From Candidatus Marinacidobacterales bacterium (GTDB taxonomy: Bacteria > Acidobacteriota > Vicinamibacteria > Marinacidobacterales > DATDRI01), in contig CBDCNP010000002.1 in NCBI GenBank assembly GCA_965219415.1, positions 960,001 through 1,024,000 on the forward strand: a DNA stretch of 64,000 bases. The letters are read 5' to 3'. The notes beneath the pieces were generated by a model. It saw nothing but the letters and a program-made list of their open reading frames with translations. It was not told where the DNA came from and made no database searches. This document shows positions 20,141 through 32,100 of the stretch, piece by piece (the first letter of the stretch is position 1; each line of letters begins with the position of its first letter). A program made the translations under genes and the position numbers.

Positions 20141-21504
20141 TGGAGACCAAGAGCGAGTTGAAGTTGACGAAGACCCTCGCAGGGGCCGCGGTGCTTCTCG
20201 CGCTGGTGGCCGTTCTTACGGCCCCGAAAAACATCACTCCCAATGCCTTCCTCGACCAAGGTGAGCCTTTCTTCCCCGAATTCCAAGACCCCAACGTTGC
20301 GCGCACGCTGGAGGTCATCGAGTTCGACGACCAGACGGCTGCGGCGCGGCCCTTCAAAGTTACTAACCAGAACGGTCTCTGGACGATCCCGTCCCATCAC
20401 AACTACCCCGCCGATGGTAAGGACCGCCTGGCGGAGACGGCCGCCGGCGTCATCAGCATCGTGAAGGACGACTACCGCTCCGACAACGTGGCAGATCATG
20501 AAGCATTGGGTGTCGTCGACCCTCTCGACGAGACCACCACGAGCCTCCAGAGCCGTGGCAAGCGCATCACCATCAAGGGAGACAACGAAGTCGTTCTCGC
20601 CGACCTCATCATTGGCAACCCGCTCGAGGGGCGCGACGGCTTTCGCTTCGTCCGTGTCCCCAATCAGAAGCGTGTCTTCGCCGCGAAGCTCGACACCGAG
20701 ATCTCGACCAAGTTCGAGGACTGGATCGAGAAGGACCTGTTACAGGTCGAACGGAGCAAGATCGACCAGGTCGTGCTCAAAGACTACTCCATCAACGAGC
20801 GCACTCTCATGGTGGACATGCGTGACACGGTCAACCTCGCGAAAGACGGAAGCGACTGGAGCATGGCTGGTACGCCGGGAGGCCAGGAGCTGGACACGAC
20901 TAAGTGGAACTCACTCTTGCAAGAGGTCGATAGTCTCGAGATCGTCGGAGTGCGGCCCAAACCGGAGGGTATCGACGAACGACTTTCCGGCCTAACGATC
21001 TCGCGGTCGGACGTACTGTCTCTTCAGGACCGAGGCTACTATCTGACCCGGAGCGGTCAGCTTCTGTCGAACGAGGGTGAGCTTCAGCTACGCACGAGCG
21101 GAGGCATTCTCTACACGCTCAGGTTCGGAGAGGTCCTCTTCGGAACCGGCGAAGCCATCAGCGCCGGAGCGGACAGCCCGTCCGACGAGTCGAGCGGGCC
21201 GGGTGAGAACCGCTATCTCTTCATCACGGCGGACTTCGACCCCTCAGTTCTTCCCGAGCCCCCGAAGCCCGCGAACGAGGACTTCGAAGACAAGGAAGAG
21301 GGCGACCTGACCGACGCCGACAAGGAGAACAAGAGGCTCGCCGACGAGCACAAGGCATGGGGAGAGGGCGTTGAAAAAAGCAAAGAGAAAGCGGCAGCTC
21401 TCTCGAAGCGCTTCGCCCCGTGGTACTACGTCATCGCCTCTGACAGCTTCGACAAGATCCACCTGGAGCGAAAGGACCTGTTGAAAAAACAGGAAGAGAC
21501 TTGA
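20140..21504 (+). CDS. DUF4340 domain-containing protein
   Basis: N-terminal anchor, WTIPSHHNYPAD, DLIIG, FVRVP; usual third gene of this ABC module. Confidence 0.8.
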   Translation: METKSELKLTKTLAGAAVLLALVAVLTAPKNITPNAFLDQGEPFFPEFQDPNVARTLEVIEFDDQTAAARPFKVTNQNGLWTIPSHHNYPADGKDRLAETAAGVISIVKDDYRSDNVADHEALGVVDPLDETTTSLQSRGKRITIKGDNEVVLADLIIGNPLEGRDGFRFVRVPNQKRVFAAKLDTEISTKFEDWIEKDLLQVERSKIDQVVLKDYSINERTLMVDMRDTVNLAKDGSDWSMAGTPGGQELDTTKWNSLLQEVDSLEIVGVRPKPEGIDERLSGLTISRSDVLSLQDRGYYLTRSGQLLSNEGELQLRTSGGILYTLRFGEVLFGTGEAISAGADSPSDESSGPGENRYLFITADFDPSVLPEPPKPANEDFEDKEEGDLTDADKENKRLADEHKAWGEGVEKSKEKAAALSKRFAPWYYVIASDSFDKIHLERKDLLKKQEET

Positions 21505-21688
21505 GCTTGTACCTCTCCCCCCCTGGGGAGAGGTCGGCCGCCAAAGGCGGCCGGGTGAGGGGACTTGAGCTTGTACCTCTCCCCCCTGGGGAGAGGTCGG
21601 CCGCCAAAGGCGGCCGGGTGAGGGGACTTGAGCTTGTACCTCTCCCCCCTGGGGAGAGGTCGGCCGCCAAAGGCGGCCGGGTGAGGGG
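21498..21688. repeat. 3x tandem 63-bp unit containing a BoxC-like palindrome
   Basis: GACTTGAGCTTGTACCTCTCCCCCCTGGGGAGAGGTCGGCCGCCAAAGGCGGCCGGGTGAGGG at 21498, 21562 and 21625 (first copy has one extra C). Confidence 0.95.
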
Positions 21689-21750
21689 TGGGCGACTCCG
21701 ATGAGCTCGGTAGCCTCGCGCGTAATCTTTCCTTGCGGCTCGCCCAGCGA

Positions 21751-23591
21751 ATGGCAAAGATGACCTCGATGGGCCAAACGATCCGAGATCGCTTCGCGGC
21801 GCTAATCGCATCCCCCCGAATCGTACTCGTCGCGGTTGGCGTCGCCATGCTTCTGAACCTTCCCTCGAATTCCAACCGGTTGGTACTTGGACGACCTCGT
21901 GCACCGCGCCCAGTTTCTCGACGTCGGCCCCCTGAGCGATTCGTCTGAAATGACCCATCGCATGTTCGACTTTCTGTCCGGTGATCCCGAGGAAGTCTTG
22001 GCATACAAGGACCTGGGCGTCTTGCCCTGGTGGTCCGAAGACCAATTGAAGATTCGCTTCTGGCGGCCTCTCTCTTCGTTCACGCACGTCATCGACTACC
22101 GCCTTTGGCCGGACAGCGGTGCCGGGATGCACCTACACAGCCTGGCTTGGTTGGCGAGCCTCATCGCCGCAACCGCCCTGCTATATCGCCGCCTGATTGC
22201 GGCTCCCATCGTTGCCGGACTCGCGGCGCTCCTCTATGCGCTCGACGACGCACACGGGATGCCCGCCGCCTTTCTCGCCAACCGCAACGCAATCGTGGCA
22301 GCGTTTTTCGGGGTGCTCAGCCTTGGGTGGCACGATCGTCATCGGCGGGACGGATGGACTGCTGGTGCCATCCTGAGCCCCCTCGCCTTGTTGGCGGCGC
22401 TCTTGGCGGGCGAGAGTGGCATCGGGATGACGACCCTACTTACTCGGTTACGCGCTCTTTCTGGAGCGACAAACCGGCCCCTCCCGCTTCGCGAGCATCG
22501 CCCCGCACGCGGTCGTCGGAATCGTCTGGCTTGTCTTCTACAAGATAGGCGGATACGGAACTTTCGGTAGCGGCTTCTATTTGGATCCCATCGGCCAACC
22601 GGCCGAATGGTTCCCGCAGTTCCTGGTCCGGGCTCCCCTTTTACTGTTAGGCCAGTGGTTCCTGCCTCCTGCGAGCTTTGCCTTCGCCTGGACGCCGGCA
22701 CAAACGCTGGCCGTGGCCACGTTTGGAGTCGTTTTCCTGACGCTTGTCTTCATGCTTCTACGGCCCATCCTGAAACAAGATCCGACGGCGCGCTTTTTCG
22801 CCTTCGGAATGCTGCTCGCGGTCGTTCCCATAACGGCTGGATTCCCCCATGACCGGCTTCTATTCTTCGTCGGGATAGGAGCCATGGCGCTGCTCGCGAT
22901 GTTGCTGATCCGGCTTTTCGACCGTTCGATAACCCCCGGCTTCAGTCGCCACCTCTTCGTCTGGGTGATGGTCTTCGTGCACGTTTTCATGGCGGCGCCG
23001 TTCCAGATAGTGATGAACACGGCGGTCGCCGACCAAGAGCCCTTTTACGCGGATGCGCCTCGAAGTCTCCCAGACGATCCCGCGCTCGAGAACCAGAGAC
23101 TGCTCATCGTCAATACTCCCAATGCCTTCTACGCGCAGTACACGTTGATCATCCGCTTGTTCGATTCGAAGCCAACTCCCGAGAACATCCTACTGATGGC
23201 GCCTGGAGCGACAACCCTGACCGTAACCCGCCTCTCCCAACACAGTCTGTCCATCGAGGCGGAGGCCGGGTGGCTCGCCTCGCCCTTCGACATCGTCTAC
23301 CGCGACAGCGCGCGCGCGGTCCCGGAAGACTACCAAGTCCAGCTTTCGGGCGTTCGGATCCAGGTGGCCACTTTGACCCAGGACGGGCGACCCAAGAAAG
23401 TGAACTTCACGTTCGACGACGTGCTGGAGGATGAGTCCATGCGATGGGTGCGCTACCAGGACGGACAATTCGTCCCGTTTGAGGTACCCGCGGTTGGCCA
23501 GACGACCGTCATCGAGGCGGTTCCCTTCGATCTGTTTTCCCCACCGGACTCAAAGCGGCCAAGATCTGCTGGGTTTCCGTCCGGTGGATGA
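21751..23591 (+). CDS. Polytopic membrane protein, possible GT-C glycosyltransferase; two +1 indels (~21869, ~22435)
   Basis: First TM helix followed by GWYLDD, then FWRPLSSFTHVIDY and HLHSL, many TM helices and a soluble C-terminal domain; ORFs 21688-, 21887- and 22581- join after correction. Confidence 0.6.
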
Positions 23592-23862
23592 CCGCGGGCG
23601 CACGCTCGAAAGCGACGCCGCGGGAACTGAGGGTGTGGTGGGCCTTCTCCATGTCAGCAACCTTGTAATAGATGATAGAAGCCGGATGATCGAGCTCGTT
23701 CGTCTCGGGAAGAGCAAGCATGAGCCTCACCTCCCCGCACTTGAAAAACCCCATCCCGGGCGCCTCGAACAAGAACTGCATCTCTAACACGTCGCGATAG
23801 AACGAAACCGCGCGATCGAGGTCGTGTACGTTGACGGCAATCTGACCGATTTCCGAAAGCAT
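23509..23862 (-). pseudogene. VOC/glyoxalase family protein, C-terminally truncated
   Basis: IGQIAVNVHDLDRAVSFYRDVL...IIYYKVAD; lacks the terminal F-x-D-x-x-G-N strand and runs into the convergent gene. Confidence 0.7.
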
Positions 23863-23891
23863 CCCGCCCCTCCTGAATTATACTTACTTTC

Positions 23892-23920
23892 TTAGCATAA
23901 CTAATAGTTAGCTTAGCTAA
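23892..23920. promoter_or_regulatory. Tandem palindromic operator candidates TTAG-N5-CTAA between divergent VOC and MarR genes
   Basis: TTAGCATAACTAA (23892-23904) and TTAGCTTAGCTAA (23908-23920) in an AT-rich spacer. Confidence 0.65.
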
Positions 23921-23929
23921 GTATATATC

Positions 23930-24400
23930 GTGAGCCGACGACGCCGTCAAGGACAATCCGCCGAGGATTTCGCGCTCGCCGACCAGCTTCACTCGGCCGC
24001 CATCCACCTGTTGCGCAAGCTCCGGCGCGAAGACGAAGCGTCGGGCCTCTCCGGCCCGCGGCTCTCGGCGCTATCGGTCGTCGTCTTCGCAGGGCCGGTA
24101 ACCATGGGCGGGCTCGCCTCCGCGGAGCAAGTCCGGCCGCCGACGATTTCCAGGCTAGTCAAAGATCTCGAACAACAAGGTCTGGTGACGCGCAAGCCCG
24201 ACCCGAACGACGAGCGGGTGCTGAAAGTCACGGCGACGGTAAAAGGACGCCGGCTGCTTCAAGAAGGTCGCGCGCGGAGAATCTCGAAGCTCGCGACAGA
24301 GCTCGCGCGACTCCCAGCCGAGGATCGCCGTCACCTGCTGAGGGCGGCCGGACTCTTGGAAAGGCTAGCGCTACCCGACGAACACCCCGGGCTGAAATGA
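23930..24400 (+). CDS. MarR family transcriptional regulator
   Basis: LASAEQVRPPTISRLVKDLEQQGLVTRKPDPNDER wHTH/wing motif. Confidence 0.92.
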   Translation: MSRRRRQGQSAEDFALADQLHSAAIHLLRKLRREDEASGLSGPRLSALSVVVFAGPVTMGGLASAEQVRPPTISRLVKDLEQQGLVTRKPDPNDERVLKVTATVKGRRLLQEGRARRISKLATELARLPAEDRRHLLRAAGLLERLALPDEHPGLK

Positions 24401-24567
24401 CCTGGTTTTTCCAAGTGACAGCCCCTCCACTATTGTTGATATCCATAACGCAGGTCGGTGGGGCGAGCACCACCCGCACCTCCGGCTAAACGCTTCGGAT
24501 CGCATGCCTTACTGCCAACCTATAGCTTCCCTGAACACCCCACCCCGTCTTCAGAATTCCTTCAGAA

Positions 24568-25280
24568 TGTTGGCATCACTCCTGCCCGTGATTTCCGTCG
24601 TCGTTCCGATCCGAGACGAGCGCGGCAATATCGAGCCACTCGTGGTGGCCGTACACCGAGTCTTGGAAGGCTGCGAGTTCGAGATGGTCTGCGTCGACGA
24701 CGGGAGTGTTGACGGAACATCGGACACTCTGCAGTCGTTGAAGAGGCGTTTTTCTCGTGTCCGGGTCGTCAGGCACGAACGATCCCAGGGACAAAGCGCA
24801 GCCATCGTCTCCGGCGTGCGCACAGCACGAGGGGAGTGGGTCGTGACGCTTGATGGGGACGGGCAGAACGATCCCGGCGACATTCCCGCCCTCCTCCTTT
24901 CGGTGGAGCGAGCTTGCCCCACCCCCTCGTTGGTGGTCGGATGGCGGAAGAATCGAAGAGACCCCTGGGTCAAGCGGATGTCCTCGAAGTTGGCGAACAT
25001 TGCCTACCGATGGCTCATCGGGGGTGTCACGCCCGACGTAGGTTGCGGTATTAAGCTTTTTCGCCGAGACGTGTTTCTCGACTTGCCTCATTTCGACCAC
25101 ATGCACCGATTCCTACCTGTATTGGTGCGAATGCGGGGAGGTTCGGTCTCTTCGGTCAAGGTTCGCCATCGACCTCGACAGACCGGTCGGTCCAAGTACG
25201 GCATCCACGACAGACTCTGGGTCGGTATCATCGATTTGTTCGGAGTCCGATGGCTCCAAAGGCGTGCTCTCGGAGCGACG
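24568..25280 (+). CDS. GT2 glycosyltransferase (polyprenol-phosphate sugar synthase-like); reads through into PAP2 sequence
   Basis: SVVVPIRDE, VDDGSVD, GQSAA, TLDGDGQNDP, DVGCGIKLF, HRFLP, GRSKYG; no stop after WLQRR. Confidence 0.85.
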
Positions 25281-25958
25281 CTTCGCCCTGGCGCTGTGGG
25301 ATCCCGTTCGGGACAAGCTCTTGCTCGCCAGGGACCGCACCGGCGAACGGCCCCTTTTTTATTACCAGGGCTGGGCGCTGCGGGGGCCGCAAGCTATTTC
25401 GATGATGAGATTGTGAGCAGTCGATTCAATTCGGAGATGTTCGAGGGAGGATCTTTGGATAAGGCCTTCGAGGCAGGAGAGGTGCTCGGCAGTGCAGCGG
25501 TCCAGGTGGGAGGCGCTTTCGCAACCTACGGATTCGGCAAACTCTTCTCGAACCCGGGCGTCCAAGAGTTGGGGCGTGATCTCGTTCGGGCCCAGATTGT
25601 GACTCAGACGCTCACCCAGGCCCTAAAGGTCGCGGTACGGCGGGAGAAGACCTGACGGCTCGAACCAAAAGTCCTTCCCTTCAGGCATGCCTCCGGTTCC
25701 TTTGCGACGGCAACGGTGCTCCAGCGACACTACGGTTGGAAAGTTGGCATCCCCGCTTACGCGGTTGCCGGTTACATCGCGAGCTCGCGTTTGAGCGAAG
25801 CCAGACACTATCTGAGCGACGTTGTCTTCGGTGCGGCGGTCGGAACCCTGGTGGGTCGTACCGTCACCGTCGACCTCGGGAAGAATCGGTTTGCCGTGAG
25901 CCCGTTACTTGTCTTGAGAGGAGCTGGTCTCCAATTCACGTGGCTCGGCCCGACGTGA
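25281..25958 (+). CDS. PAP2 family phosphatase (N-terminus missing or fused; indels at ~25647, ~25686)
   Basis: KVAVRRE(R)P, SFPSG(H)A and SRLSEARHYLSDV, the three PAP2 motifs. Confidence 0.8.
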
Positions 25959-26160
25959 GGCGGCCTGACGCCGGCCGTGTCTCCGCATCCCCGACCATGC
26001 TCTAGAAATATCACGTATCTCCTCACATAGATCGGGCGAACGCGACCGAGGCGTATTCGCTATCGATTCGAAACACGCAAGAAGATTCCTCGTATCCGCC
26101 GCGCTCGGCTTCCCGTTGCACGTTGGAAAGAGGGGAAATGACAACACCCTAATGGCCAAC

Positions 26161-29100
26161 CTAAGGGTTTGTGTCGGGTCTCGCCCATAGCCTCGAAGCC
26201 GGGTCCCCGAAGAGGTGATAGATGCTCAAGAGCTCCAGGTATCCACCCTCTTCCGCAAACTGGGCCTGTGCGGCGAGGACAGCGTCACCGAGGGTGTCGT
26301 GCCCGCCGTGGAGAAGCTCGGTAAGAAGGAACTTGTGATAAGAATGCGCGGGTCCATCGAGACTCTCTCCGCTGGGAGAGAAGGCCGCGATGATGCCCTT
26401 GCCGTCGGCCTTCAAGAGCGTTTCGGATAAAGAATCGAACGTCGGGAACTGGAAGTATCCGTTGAGGCAGTTCATGGTGAGAAGCAAGGGGTAGTGCGCG
26501 GGGTAGTCCAGAGAGCCCACGTGATCGGCACGCAGGATGTTCTCGGACCATAAATTCATAGCTCCGTGGCCGATGTAGCTCATGAGCGAAGCGCCTTCGT
26601 CGAGAGCTTGTAGGACGGATTCGTGAGTGGCGATGGTGCCCAGCTCGTCGAGATAGATCTTGTGGACTTCGTTGCCGAAGAGGAGTGTGGCGGCTAACTC
26701 TTCGGCATTGGCCTGGAAGTCTCCGGCTCTTGGATCGGGTCGGTCGGCAATGAGCACTGCCCGTCCCCCGAGTCCCATACCTTCCGTTTCATAGGCGACG
26801 ATCTTGGCGACCATGGCCTGAGCTTCTTGGAGATTGGCCGCCGGGAGCCTTCCAATCGCGAGGTCGGGTAACAAGTCGTCCCCGTTGACCGCGGCATAGG
26901 CGGGGTCAGACGCGGTCCAGAGATAGGTGGACTTGAAGGGGAAGGGAGGTACCTGGTTTTGGACTCCCCATCCGAAGTAGTCCTTGAAGTCGAAGGTACC
27001 GTCGCCGAGGAGCAAGACATAGCGAGGCCGAGTCCTCCAGTGATGGTAGGCATACTCGAGGAAGTCGCGGATGGCCTCGGGCCTGGTCTCGCCATGACCG
27101 AACTCGGAATAGATTTGCTCGATGGGTACGGCAAGAACGGTCAGACCTTGGCTAATCCGTAGCTCGAGCAAAGGCCAGGAGGCTTCGAGAAGCCTCTCGG
27201 GGCCAATGACGACGTAGTTGGCGCCATAGAGCAAGCTCTTGAGCCGATAAGGAAAGGGTCGTCGTATCTCTGGGCTCATCACCGCCGTGGAGTCGGCAAC
27301 AAGGTAATGATGTTGTGCTTCGGCCTGGAAGCGAAGTCCACCCTCAACGAGCTCAGCACCACGGAGCCACTTGGTTGGTGATTCGGTGGTGTCGAGGACA
27401 TAGGCATTGCCAGCGAGTCCTGTGACCTCGGCGATACCAATCTCACCAAAGCTCCCGCGGAGCTGACCGGAATCGGCGACCAACTGGCTCGGGTACGTGA
27501 CCTCGAACCGGTTGAGCATGATGCGGGAGTAAGCGGCCCCCGTGTCTCCGACGTTTTCAATCTCGAGGATGTTCTCGCCTTGTAGAAGAGCACCAGGAAG
27601 CAGTGAGAGTTCGCTCATCCATGGAAGCTCGCCCTCGAGGATGAAGTCTTCGAGCAACAAGCCGTTGAGGTAAATGCGGACATGGTGGTCGGGGTCGGTG
27701 GGTAAGTCGGTGGTTCCCTGAATCCACAGCCTGAGAGAGCTGCTCTCGGAGGTCGAAGCGAGGTTTTGTACCTCGAAGGGATAGGCCTTGGTGACGGGAG
27801 CGAGTAGAAAATCCCAAAGCCACACATCGGGTGCGGTGGTGAGCCTTCCCTGGAAGAGATGGTTCTCTTCGAGGGTCAATGTCTTCCAGTAATGCCCCAC
27901 GTCAGAGCCCGCCAGGGAACTTGAAGGAAAAGCGGAGCCGGTTTCCATCTTCTGGCCACCGCCTGAGACGGAGACGACATAGACGGCTTCCCTTCCGTAG
28001 GGGTTGAGCCCCTCTCCACCGCTCAGGAAGTACAAACGGGAGCCGGGCTTGAACTGCTTCTTATTTGGGTGGACATAAAAGGCGACGGGCTCGCCTTGGT
28101 AGGAGAGGTTGAGCTTCCTGGTCTTGACGCCCCGACGCCGGTTGCCGAAGAGCGAGCGGTAGGAAACACCGTAGAGTCCGCTATCGTGAGTGACGAGGTT
28201 GGCGACGACGCTTGAGGAGCCGGCGTTTTTCTTTCGACGTTTGCGACCCCGGGAGCCACCGAGAAACTTCTCACCGGGGACTTTACCTCTGAACTTGACC
28301 TTGACGATGAGGCGTCGTGCGAGGAGAAGCTGCCCGGTGGAGCGGTCCCACCGCAGTGGGGAAAGCTCCAAGAAGGCCTTCTTGACGTCCCCTTGGAAGG
28401 CGACGGTGACGACCTGGACCGGATTTTCGGGATAGAGACCCTGCCCGCGGAAGGCTTTCCCTGGAGATTGTGCCTTCCCGGCGAGGCTGACGGTGCCATC
28501 GGGAAGCATGACCGGCTCGAGCATCTCGGCGGATGTGGGTCGTAAGGAAAAGGATTCGACGCTTTTTGCCTTGACGGAGGCGATCTTGACCTGTTTGCCG
28601 ACCACGGCTTGGAGCCAGGTGCGTTTGACGGGAATGGCGGGAGACCCGGGCTCCCAGTCTTCGAGGAAGCCGGGTATGGATAATCGTACCGAGCCGTCGT
28701 CTTGGGGCTCGGCATAGAAGCCACCGGTGATGAGCTCGAGTACGACTTGACGGCGGGAGCGTTTCACTACCCGCAAGGTCGTTTCGTCCGGATTCCCGTA
28801 AGTGATGGTGTGCTCGTCCGAAGAGGAGGAGCCATCACCTTCTTCGCCACCTTCTTCAGTAGGTGAGTCGAAGCTAGCTCCTGCCAAAGGAGTGGCAGAG
28901 ATGGCACCGTGACGCTCCCTGACGCCGGTGGACTCCAAGTCTTCGAGCTCGTAGAAGTAGGCTCGACCGTTGACGAGCCCGGAGTCCACGTAGCGATAAC
29001 GAGCGCCCAGTGGGGAAGAGCCCAAGCCGGGAATTACGCTCGGGTTCACCAGTTCGTAGGGTCCTTCTTCGGAAACTGCTCGGTAGAGATAGAAACCGAC

Positions 29101-32100
29101 GTTATCGACTTCCGAGCCCGTCTCCCACTCCAACAGCGCCTCGCGATCGCCACCAGTGGCTGTGAAGGACAAGAGCTCGACCGCTGTCGTGGTGGGCACT
29201 GCGAAAACAAATCTCTGCGCATTCAAGGTGATGTCGCCGCAATATTGGAACAGAAGGATGTCGGTTTTGATCAACGCCTCCACTGGAATCGTGGAATAGG
29301 ATCCCGATACAAGATAGGCGCGCACATAAAAAAGACTCGGCCCAGCATTCACCGAAGTGGTCGCCCAGTTGGCTGGATCCGAGATCCAGTAAACGGTCCC
29401 GTCGTTCGTCAACGAGCCGGTCTCGTCGGTGAACCCGCCCACGAGCTCCAGGTCCGCCCAAGTCGTTCCGTCCCAGTACTCCCACTGCAAATCCGCCGTG
29501 CCCGCTCCCTTGGTTCCCGAGCGCGATGTTCACGCCACGAAACTTCGAATCCGAGCCCAAGTAGAGATGCTCGGTATTGATGCTCGCAAAGTTCAAGGCG
29601 AAGTTGTTGAGTCCCGTCGCCAGGTACTCATCGACGTGGCCATTGAGTCCGCCGTGGGCGAGCTCGGTAAAAGAGCCCGCACCGGTAGCGTCCCAGTGCC
29701 CCCTCGAGATTGGCTTGACATCCGCCTTGTAATCCACGTCATTGGTCAACGCCGCGCCGTCCAAAGTCACCGTGATCGGATCTTGAAGCGATCGCCAGCG
29801 CCGGATCTTGAAAAAAGGCAAATATCGCGTCGTGGTTCCGCCATCGATGTCGAAGCCAAGTCCTAAGAGCGGATCGAAGGTGAGCACATAAGCACCCTCC
29901 GACTCGTTGTAATCGTCCCCGGCGCCGGTGTTCTCGTTGGCATCGATCCACGGCCCCCCATCCACGAAGGACAAGACGTCGGGCCCCCGGTAGTCGTCGC
30001 GCCGGCTGGTCACCTGGGCGTCGAGGTTATCCACGAAGCTCGTTGGTTTGAAATAGGTCAAGAAATTCCAGGTCTCGTCGGCACCGGCCGGCAATGAGGA
30101 CTCGGGAACGTTGTCCCTCCATACCACCAACTTGTATTGATCTCCGGGCGCGCTATCCCACCGCCACACTGCGTCGGCGGTATTCACGTAATCGGTTCCG
30201 CTGATCCAGTCTTGATACATGATCTTGAGGAAATCGGTCCGAGCGCTTGCTTCATCGATCTGCCTCATCACGAAATCATCGCCTCCTGGTTGTCCGGGCG
30301 GTGGCCCCGATTCACTCCAGGCGATCCAGGTTTTGGGGTTACTGCTGTTGACCCAATGCACCGCGAGCTCCAGCTCGTTATCCGCAAACGCTACCACGCC
30401 GGTCGTCTTCCGGTTCCATCGAAGGGCATATCTTCCCGACGGGTAAATACTGTAGTCACCCGTTCCCTTGACCCCGGCAAGTGTCGCGGCGCTGACTAGG
30501 TCTTGATAGGAAGCCTCTTGCCGCACTTTCACCCGCGTCGGGGTCGCCTCCAGGAGATCCAGCTTGGCGCCAACGTTATTACTGCTGGTGTTGAACTGAG
30601 TGGTTCCGTCGAAGAACCACTCGTCGAAGAGAGTCAGATAGAAGTTCAGCCCGCCCGCGAAATCCACCGTCTTCCCCGGATCCTCGACCAGATCAAAGAA
30701 CTCGTCGATGCCTCCGCCGGTCGTCTGGTTGAAGCGGAGCTCAAACTTTCCGGAAGCCGTGATCGTGGTCGTCCCGGCGCTCTCGGTGGTGTAGAGAGGA
30801 GCATAACAAACGGCGCAGGTGGCGTCGAGGCTGCCATCCGTGTTGTAGCGGGCAACTGCGAAGTCGTCATCGGCCCCGTTGTCGCTGTAGCCGGCGGCGA
30901 TGATGATTTTGCCGTCCGACTGGAGGGCGATCGCATCGATCCAGTCGTTGCCGCCACCCACCGGGGTCGTGACTAAGCCGTCACCATCGAAAGTGAGATC
31001 CAGACTTCCGTCGGGATTGTATCGAGCCAGGGCGAAGTCGACCGCCGCAGCCACCCCGTCCCAGTTGGCCCAGCCGCCCACGACGATCTTGTTGTCCGCC
31101 GCTTGCAGGATGACACTGCGGACGTTGTCGTGGACTGGGGTGAAATCGGTCGTCACCATGCCCGGCGCGTTGGGGGCCGCCGAACGCCCCGGCAGAATTG
31201 AAGGTCCCGTCCAGGGCACCGTTCGTATCGAGTCGTGCCGTGCCGAACATGTTCCACCCGACGCCGTCGGCGACCTCACCCGAGAGGACGATGTTGCCGT
31301 CGGGTTGGATGACCAGTCCATTTGCCCTGTCCACGCCGGTCCCGATGGGGATGGACACGGTGCCCCCCCGAAGCTGCCGTCCAGAGAGCCGGTGGCGTCG
31401 AAGCGGGCAGCAAGGAAGTCGTCGTCGATACCATTGTTGCCCCAGCCGGAGATGACGATCTTGCCGTCCGACTGGATCGCTACCCCGGTGGCGGCGTCAT
31501 CGGTGGCACCGTTGGTTGAGATGAAGTAGCCGAGGGGCAAGTTGAAGCTAGCGGTATCGAGAACGCCGCTCGTGTCGTAGCGAGCCACGACGTAATCTGT
31601 GGTGGCTCGCCGGGTAAAGCCGGCAACAACGATTTTCCCGTCGGCTTGAACCACGACCCCCTCGAGATAGCACCAGGAAGGGCGGTGGTGACCTTGCCGC
31701 CGCTGAAAGAGCCGTCCAGGCTGCCGTCCGGGTTGTAGCGCGCGAGGGCGAGGTCCAGGTCCAGGTCGGCATTAATGGCGTGGCCGGCGACCACGATCTT
31801 GCCATCTAACTGAATGGCGATCGCCTTGGCACGATCTTGACCACCGAAAAAGTCGGTGGTCACGATGCCGTTCGTCCCGCAGGAAAGGTCCAAGCTGAAA
31901 TCGGGGTTGTAGCGCACGACGGCGAAATCGTCCGAGGCTAGGGCGCTGAAGCCAGCCACGACAATCTTGCCGTCGGGCTGGATGGCGACCGCGGTAGCCT
32001 GATCGGTAGCACCACCGATGTCGGTGGTGACAATACAGTTCGCCGCCGCGGTCGGCATCACGGAGCACAGAAAAGCAATCAGAACGAAACCAAGGACAAG

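Noticed and set aside
16653-21504. ABC module as dedicated exporter of the MNIO product, or as gliding-motility genes
   Set aside because: Separated by a hairpin, ~300 bp and its own promoter candidate; GldA/FG/DUF4340 modules are widespread outside RiPP clusters and in non-gliding taxa.
21498-21688. Possible CRISPR array
   Set aside because: Units are contiguous and identical with no unique spacers, and no cas genes are present in the window.
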